Virus record (IMG/VR): IMGVR_UViG_2740892439_000009
DNA from: a virus
Taxonomy: Duplodnaviria > Heunggongvirae > Uroviricota > Caudoviricetes
Length of the DNA stretch: 64,000 bases
Reading direction: 5' to 3' (one strand)
In this document: positions 59,096 through 64,000 of the stretch, piece after piece
How the letters are laid out: the number at the start of each line of letters is the position of its first letter
Numbering within the stretch: the stretch's first letter is position 1
Program-made: the position numbers and the translations under genes
Notes under the pieces: generated by a model
The model's input: only the letters and a program-made list of their open reading frames with translations
What the model was told of the DNA's origin: nothing
The model's database searches: none

Positions 59096-59794
59096 GTGGT
59101 TGGCGTTGGTCGCCAATGGACAGGTCTTAACACCGAACTTTACGTATTCCCAACCTTCAAACAAATGAAGACCTACGACGAGCCGTTCACATTCCAGATG
59201 AGTGACGGTACTGCTATTGGTCACAAAATTGGCGTTGCGTATCTGGTTAATCGTGACAAGGTAACGACGGTGTTCCAGACCTATCGCAAAGGCGTAGACG
59301 ATATCACCGAATCAGATCTGCGTCAGAAAATTGCCGACTCTCTAAACCGTTTGGCCAGCCGTATGACCACTGATTCATTTATCGACGGTGGTAAGGCGCA
59401 ATTGCTGGACAACGCACTTAAAGATATTCAGAAAGAGATGTCTCCGGTTGGTATTGAGGTACTGAGCCTGTCATGGGTTGGAAAACCTGATTACCCAAAA
59501 ACCGTCATTGAATCTATCAACGCCAAAGTAACGGCTAACCAGCGTACTCTGCAACGTCAGCAGGAAGTTGAACAGCGTAAAGCTGAGGCGAATATGCTAC
59601 GTGAACAGGCTAATGGTGAAGCTGATGCTATCCGTGCTCGTGCGCAAGCAGAAGCAGACGCCATTCGTCTGCGCGGTGAAGCTCTGCGTCAAAACCCGAA
59701 CGTTATGGAGCTGGAAGCCATCAATAAATGGAATGGCCAGTTACCGCAGTACATGACTCAAGGGGCTAACACTCCTTTCATTACAGTGAAATAA
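59096..59794 (+). CDS. SPFH/band-7 domain protein
   Basis: GYVGIKVNKLGEDKGI-type N-terminal region in frame upstream of the called start; a lipoprotein signal peptide (58965-59063) lies in another frame. Confidence 0.55.
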   Translation: MVGVGRQWTGLNTELYVFPTFKQMKTYDEPFTFQMSDGTAIGHKIGVAYLVNRDKVTTVFQTYRKGVDDITESDLRQKIADSLNRLASRMTTDSFIDGGKAQLLDNALKDIQKEMSPVGIEVLSLSWVGKPDYPKTVIESINAKVTANQRTLQRQQEVEQRKAEANMLREQANGEADAIRARAQAEADAIRLRGEALRQNPNVMELEAINKWNGQLPQYMTQGANTPFITVK

Positions 59795-59808
59795 CTCCCC
59801 TTAAAAGT

Positions 59809-59837
59809 TCAGGCGTCCAGTTGGACGCCTTTTTTAT
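59809..59837 (+). terminator. Rho-independent terminator
   Basis: AGGCGTCC agtt GGACGCCT followed by TTTTTT. Confidence 0.6.
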
Positions 59838-59885
59838 CGCAATTATCTTATTAAGAAAACAATTTGTTTAAAGGGTCAAGAAAAT

Positions 59886-60311
59886 ATGACAGCTATTAAG
59901 AAACTCTACGATGCTGCAAACGCGGCTCTGGATGTTATTGATGATGAAGTATCAAAAGGCTTTCCTGAACCTGATTGGGCGCATCAGCTACGAAACGCTA
60001 TCGCCGAAATGAATCCACCAGATCCAACCCCCGACGAGACAGACTGGCAGCGATTCATCCGTATGTACGCTCAGGAAATAGGTCCAACGCCAACGGCAGA
60101 GCAGGCAATGCTGCTGAAATACTTCAAAGAGGCGGGAGAGGATTTACCAATTGATGACTCAGCATATTGGTTCCACTGCGCATGGCGTAAGTATGACGTG
60201 ATATTCACACAAGGCATGGGAAGCAAAGATATGGTTGTGTGGCATCTACTCCATATAGACACAGCCGTTGACAGAGTTATTGAACAGTTTTTACCTAAAC
60301 AAGAAGATTGA
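59886..60311 (+). CDS. Hypothetical protein
   Basis: 141-aa ORF. Confidence 0.45.
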   Translation: MTAIKKLYDAANAALDVIDDEVSKGFPEPDWAHQLRNAIAEMNPPDPTPDETDWQRFIRMYAQEIGPTPTAEQAMLLKYFKEAGEDLPIDDSAYWFHCAWRKYDVIFTQGMGSKDMVVWHLLHIDTAVDRVIEQFLPKQED

Positions 60312-60366
60312 TCGCCTATTCATAACTAACAAAATAAGTAAACACTAACCACAAAAGGAAAAACAC

Positions 60367-60642
60367 ATGAGAGTTTTAGTTCGAATCGTTACCAGCACTG
60401 TCTATGACGTGTTTCCGCTTTTTATGGTCAAAGCCGATGGCCTTAACGACGAAGAAACTGACGCGCTGATCCAGCGTATTCTCGTTGAATATACAGGTCA
60501 TGACGCTGATTCAGTGATGGTTGATGATGATGGTGTTTGTTGGCATAACGGCAACTGTTGGTACGTAGAAGAGACTCAACAAATCAGTGATGAAGATGCC
60601 GCACATCTTGAGCGTATTTTAAGCATCAGCACTTTTGAGTGA
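60367..60642 (+). CDS. Hypothetical protein
   Basis: 91-aa acidic ORF. Confidence 0.4.
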   Translation: MRVLVRIVTSTVYDVFPLFMVKADGLNDEETDALIQRILVEYTGHDADSVMVDDDGVCWHNGNCWYVEETQQISDEDAAHLERILSISTFE

Positions 60643-60857
60643 GTTTACAGTAAAATTTATATAAGTTAGTATCTACCTATCATGAAGATTTTTATTGAAT
60701 ACTTGTTACTCATCGTTTCAATAGCTTTTGTCATCGACTGCATTTTCACTGGTGTCATTCGTAAAGTCTTTTCCCCGGTGAACGACGTAGTCATAAACGC
60801 TTTGGCTATCGTGCTCGTATTTAATTCAGCATTTGATGTAATCAAAGAGGTGGCAGC

Positions 60858-61193
60858 ATGAAGGCCATCCCATTCGCGCTGTTGTTCCTTTCTTCGATCG
60901 TTGTGGCCGACACCACTGTTTATCAGTGTGAAATGTCTGTAGCCGACGTTAAGAATGGCGCTCTTACCGACGTCATAAAAGCACCATATGGAGCGATGGT
61001 CGTAGACAGCGGCGACCAGTTCTATGTTGTGCGTGACGATCGAGTATTGTCATCCCCATATCTCACAAACCGTAATGGCAAATTAACCGGCGTCGGAGAA
61101 GACCACTTCGTATACAATAAATACAAGGGCTTCTATGGCGTTCACGCTTCTCAGCAAAGCTACCTTTTCGATGACTGCAAGGAGGTTGGATAA
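60858..61193 (+). CDS. Secreted small protein with N-terminal signal peptide
   Basis: Hydrophobic N-terminus MKAIPFALLFLSSIVVA. Confidence 0.45.
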   Translation: MKAIPFALLFLSSIVVADTTVYQCEMSVADVKNGALTDVIKAPYGAMVVDSGDQFYVVRDDRVLSSPYLTNRNGKLTGVGEDHFVYNKYKGFYGVHASQQSYLFDDCKEVG

Positions 61194-61450
61194 TGGCATT
61201 AACACTGGCAGGTCTGGAAATCGAGAAAACAAGCGGCTACTGGCGTGCTAAGGGTTTCAAGCAGCCTGGCATTCTTGAGCGTCTGGAACGTGAAGATGGG
61301 TATATCGTCCACCAGCGGCGTGAATGGCGTATGTACGATCCAGAAACAGGAAACTGACTACAAAAGCCGGAACACTTTGGGGTCTGTTAAAGAAAATACA
61401 CTAAATGCAAACTGACTGCGGCACGTTCCGCAGTCATATTTCATAGTCGT

Positions 61451-61985
61451 CACCGCTGACAGCATACACAATCAACTACCGCTGATAGCATATCGAGAGT
61501 CTATCTCACCGCTCACAGCATACTTTACTCGATTTTTTACCGCTGACAGCATACTTAAGACATTGCATGAATAATGTGTACCGGTATGGGTATAACCAGA
61601 ACAAAATTACCGCTGGCAGCATACGAAGGTCTGACATATGCCATTAATTACCGCTGATAGCATATCCAAACAAAAATTCCTCAATAAAACACCGCTGACA
61701 GCATACATTCTATCAGAGAGTAGCAGGCAATAAATGCCTTTCACTACAAGCAATCAGCGCAATAGCAATAGAATGTTAGTGAGCGCAAACCTATATGGAA
61801 TGCACTCTTCGAGGTTAGTAACCACTGGGGAGGTATGACAGAGCATTGAGTGGTGATAGATGATTTACCGCTCACAGCATACGTTCATCTCACTATACCG
61901 CTGGTAGCATATCTTTAACCGTTCACAGCATACTTTTCAGAAAAATAGCCGCTGATAGCATACATTTCACCGCTGACAGCATATC
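61451..61985. repeat. Iteron array (12 copies, consensus about yACCGCTGACAGCATAC) downstream of repA
   Basis: Copies near 61451, 61478, 61507, 61538, 61607, 61647, 61690, 61865, 61896, 61917, 61947, 61969. Confidence 0.8.
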
Positions 61986-63078
61986 AAAGCAGTTTGAGAC
62001 TATTGGAAAGGATCTCAATCATCTTGATATTTTCAGGCGTCAAATTCTGCGAAAGTTCAGTTATCTTGTTGATAATGTTCTGTTTGGCATCAATTTCCCC
62101 GGCTTTCTCATCTGGTTTTTTGGGTTCGATGTCTTCAGGTTTTGGCGGTGCGACTTTGAGTTTTGGATTGCGGCTGTGAATCTGGATATAGATCGACCGC
62201 CCACGCTTAATCTCGCTGTATTCGAGATAGCCCAAATCTTGGAGAGCTTTTAAGCCGTTACGTATAGTCTGATTCTGCGAGCTGACATTCCTGCTACTCA
62301 AATTGAGTCGCGCACGCAATCGAGCAAGCGATACCGGCGCAGGCTTGGTTGGAAGACTTTCGATGAAGGTGTACAGAGCCTGTGCTGTTTCTTTGCGTGG
62401 TAGCTTATTGATAACCTTTAACTGCAAAAGAACCTTATGGTCAAAGCGATATAGTTCGGCCAGCTTCGGTTCTGCATAGAACACCACCGTATCTTTCTGC
62501 TCGTTGTAGTCCACGCTATTGATGAGGTGCACCATCAGAAGCGAGATCTTGTTAGAGCCGTCGACGTTCTTTTCTTCATACGTTCTCTGGAAAGACAGAG
62601 TTGTACGCATGATCTTCAAAAGACTGTTTGTAAGCCGGTCGCGGAGTGTTTTGCGGATCTGTGACGATGGATAGCCACAAAACTTCGCAAATTTCGTGAT
62701 GCTTAACTCGACACGACCATTAGGTTCGCCGTATTCTGCCAGCGAACGCACAACGCCCACCCACGTTTTGAAATCATGATCCATGTCCAGGCGAGGACCG
62801 GTTATCTTGATATCGGAATAGCCTTCAGAACGGGCTACTTCGAGCTGGACAAGCTCCTTTGAAGCATCGATCTCATTTGGCTTGTTACGTTTACTGTATT
62901 TTGTTCCCTTAAGCGTGGGGACGAACAACCCCAGTCGCATCAACGCAATTGGTTGGACTGTATTGTTGCTATTAGGGACAAGTTCCCCTGTGTACAATTC
63001 AAGGGAACCTTCTTCAAAGTTGTCGATGTTATCTTCTACTTCTTTGTTATTTTTACCTTTTTTATTTTTTGTGGACAT
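61984..63078 (-). CDS. repA: Plasmid replication initiator RepA (iteron-binding)
   Basis: Flanked on both sides by iterons; ATG (MSTKNKKGKNNK) preceded by AGGTG; track ORF extends to 63198. Confidence 0.65.
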   Translation of the reverse strand: MSTKNKKGKNNKEVEDNIDNFEEGSLELYTGELVPNSNNTVQPIALMRLGLFVPTLKGTKYSKRNKPNEIDASKELVQLEVARSEGYSDIKITGPRLDMDHDFKTWVGVVRSLAEYGEPNGRVELSITKFAKFCGYPSSQIRKTLRDRLTNSLLKIMRTTLSFQRTYEEKNVDGSNKISLLMVHLINSVDYNEQKDTVVFYAEPKLAELYRFDHKVLLQLKVINKLPRKETAQALYTFIESLPTKPAPVSLARLRARLNLSSRNVSSQNQTIRNGLKALQDLGYLEYSEIKRGRSIYIQIHSRNPKLKVAPPKPEDIEPKKPDEKAGEIDAKQNIINKITELSQNLTPENIKMIEILSNSLKLL

Positions 63079-63098
63079 GTGGACACCTTTGTCATTCA

Positions 63099-63200
63099 AC
63101 CGCTGACAGCATACTTGATTTGCCGCTGACAGAATACCAAAAACAGTTGGCAGCATACGGTGAACCGCTGACAGACTATCAATTACCGCTGACAGCATAC
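63099..63200. repeat. Origin-proximal iterons (4-5 copies) upstream of repA
   Basis: AACCGCTGACAGCATAC, TGCCGCTGACAGAATAC, GAACCGCTGACAGACTAT, TTACCGCTGACAGCATAC plus a partial copy. Confidence 0.75.
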
Positions 63201-63240
63201 ATGAACATGGCTTCAGACCAGTCGTGGCGCGGCTTACAGC

Positions 63241-63313
63241 GATCGGGGATCTTATTTGATCTATACAAGGATCTATCTATGGATCTCTTTATTAGGATCT
63301 ATCCTGTGGATAT
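63241..63313. other. Candidate replication origin: six GATC sites in about 60 bp plus a DnaA-box-like ATATCCACA
   Basis: GATC at 63241, 63248, 63258, 63270, 63282, 63296; DnaA-box-like 9-mer on the minus strand at about 63301-63313. Confidence 0.55.
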
Positions 63314-63399
63314 GTGAATAATTAAAACAGGCATTTACTACCTTCGGCGCACCTGGTGGGTTATCGTTGCCTCGGCTAACAATCACAGAAAAATGACAT

Positions 63400-64000
63400 A
63401 TGGATCTAAAACGCACGCGCTGGGTTCGTCGTCTTGAAGACGGCTCCTACACTATCGAATCAAATTCCAACCTGAATAAGCAGAAGTTGCTTTGTGACAT
63501 CTGCGGTATAGCGGCGAAGTGCCCGATCTACGAAACCAGAATTAAACTTGATAAGGCTGGTGTGAATTTTCATTTAAACAGTTGCATCAGGTACGTTCCA
63601 TTACTCGCATTTCGTAAACCGATCATCGGATTGGATGCTCCCTACTTCAACACACTCCGTTCAGGTGTGACGTGGCGAGATCGTTTATCACCAGACAAGC
63701 TGATTTGCCTTGTATCCGCAGACACAGGGAAAATCATCCGTTTTGGGAAAGTAGACAAGGTTTACTCAGGTCCAGTAGACGAAATGTTACGGAAACACAG
63801 CCGGTTTAATCATCTCTGTATGGGTGGTGAGAAAATCGAAAAGGTGGAAGAAGTGATCCGCAAATCCTACGGACACTTCCTGACCAAAGATAGCCTGCTC
63901 ACCGCAATCTACATCAGACATGTAAAACGTGAGTTCGACCTCGAATACCACAGTGAAGAAGAGCTTAACCTTGTTGACCCACGTCCAAAAGCTGGCGTCA
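63400..64000 (+). CDS. Partial CDS running off the window end
   Basis: ATG at 63400 with open frame to 64000; no stop inside the window. Confidence 0.4.
   Translation, partial: MDLKRTRWVRRLEDGSYTIESNSNLNKQKLLCDICGIAAKCPIYETRIKLDKAGVNFHLNSCIRYVPLLAFRKPIIGLDAPYFNTLRSGVTWRDRLSPDKLICLVSADTGKIIRFGKVDKVYSGPVDEMLRKHSRFNHLCMGGEKIEKVEEVIRKSYGHFLTKDSLLTAIYIRHVKREFDLEYHSEEELNLVDPRPKAGV

Noticed and set aside
61451-63200. Short direct repeats that could be taken for a CRISPR array
   Set aside because: Repeats are 17-19 bp with irregular, short spacing, flank a repA-like gene on both sides, and no cas genes are present; this fits plasmid iterons
1-64000. rRNA genes, CRISPR-Cas loci or restriction-modification methyltransferases
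   Set aside because: No rRNA-like conserved stretches, no cas-like genes and no methyltransferase motifs were seen by eye; absence is not proven without searches

Overview
This window reads as a tailed phage that also carries plasmid-maintenance functions, i.e. a phage-plasmid. Positions 1-26065 hold a lambda-like tail module on the + strand in lambda gene order: V-like major tail protein with a C-terminal Ig-like domain, G/T-like chaperone, tape measure, then M, L, K, I and J homologues. The J-type tip protein is unusual: its N-terminal part (12408-15614) is followed by about 2,900 aa of alternating globular and coiled-coil modules before the lambda-J-like C-terminal domain reappears (about 23780-24570). 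A side fibre with a C-terminal chaperone-like domain and a lysis cassette follow. Positions 27.6-33 kb hold AT-rich accessory genes (including a DUF2971 protein) around a ParA/ParG-like partition pair. A replication/recombination block follows: DnaB-like helicase, primase, ATP-dependent ligase, CobT/CobS-like pair, DnaE-type polymerase, gp32-like SSB, flap endonuclease, RecA-like recombinase. A non-coding structured region and four tRNAs (Asn, Tyr, Thr, Ser) precede the most interesting locus: an AT-rich, minus-strand two-gene cassette (40803-42862) that I propose as a candidate anti-phage defence system, next to a tyrosine recombinase with a lox-like site. The right end is a P1-type replicon: repA flanked by 16-17 iterons plus a GATC-rich, DnaA-box-bearing origin. 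At least seven conserved genes are split across reading frames, so indel errors or pseudogenisation must be resolved before interpretation. All calls are from reading the sequence by eye; no searches were run.
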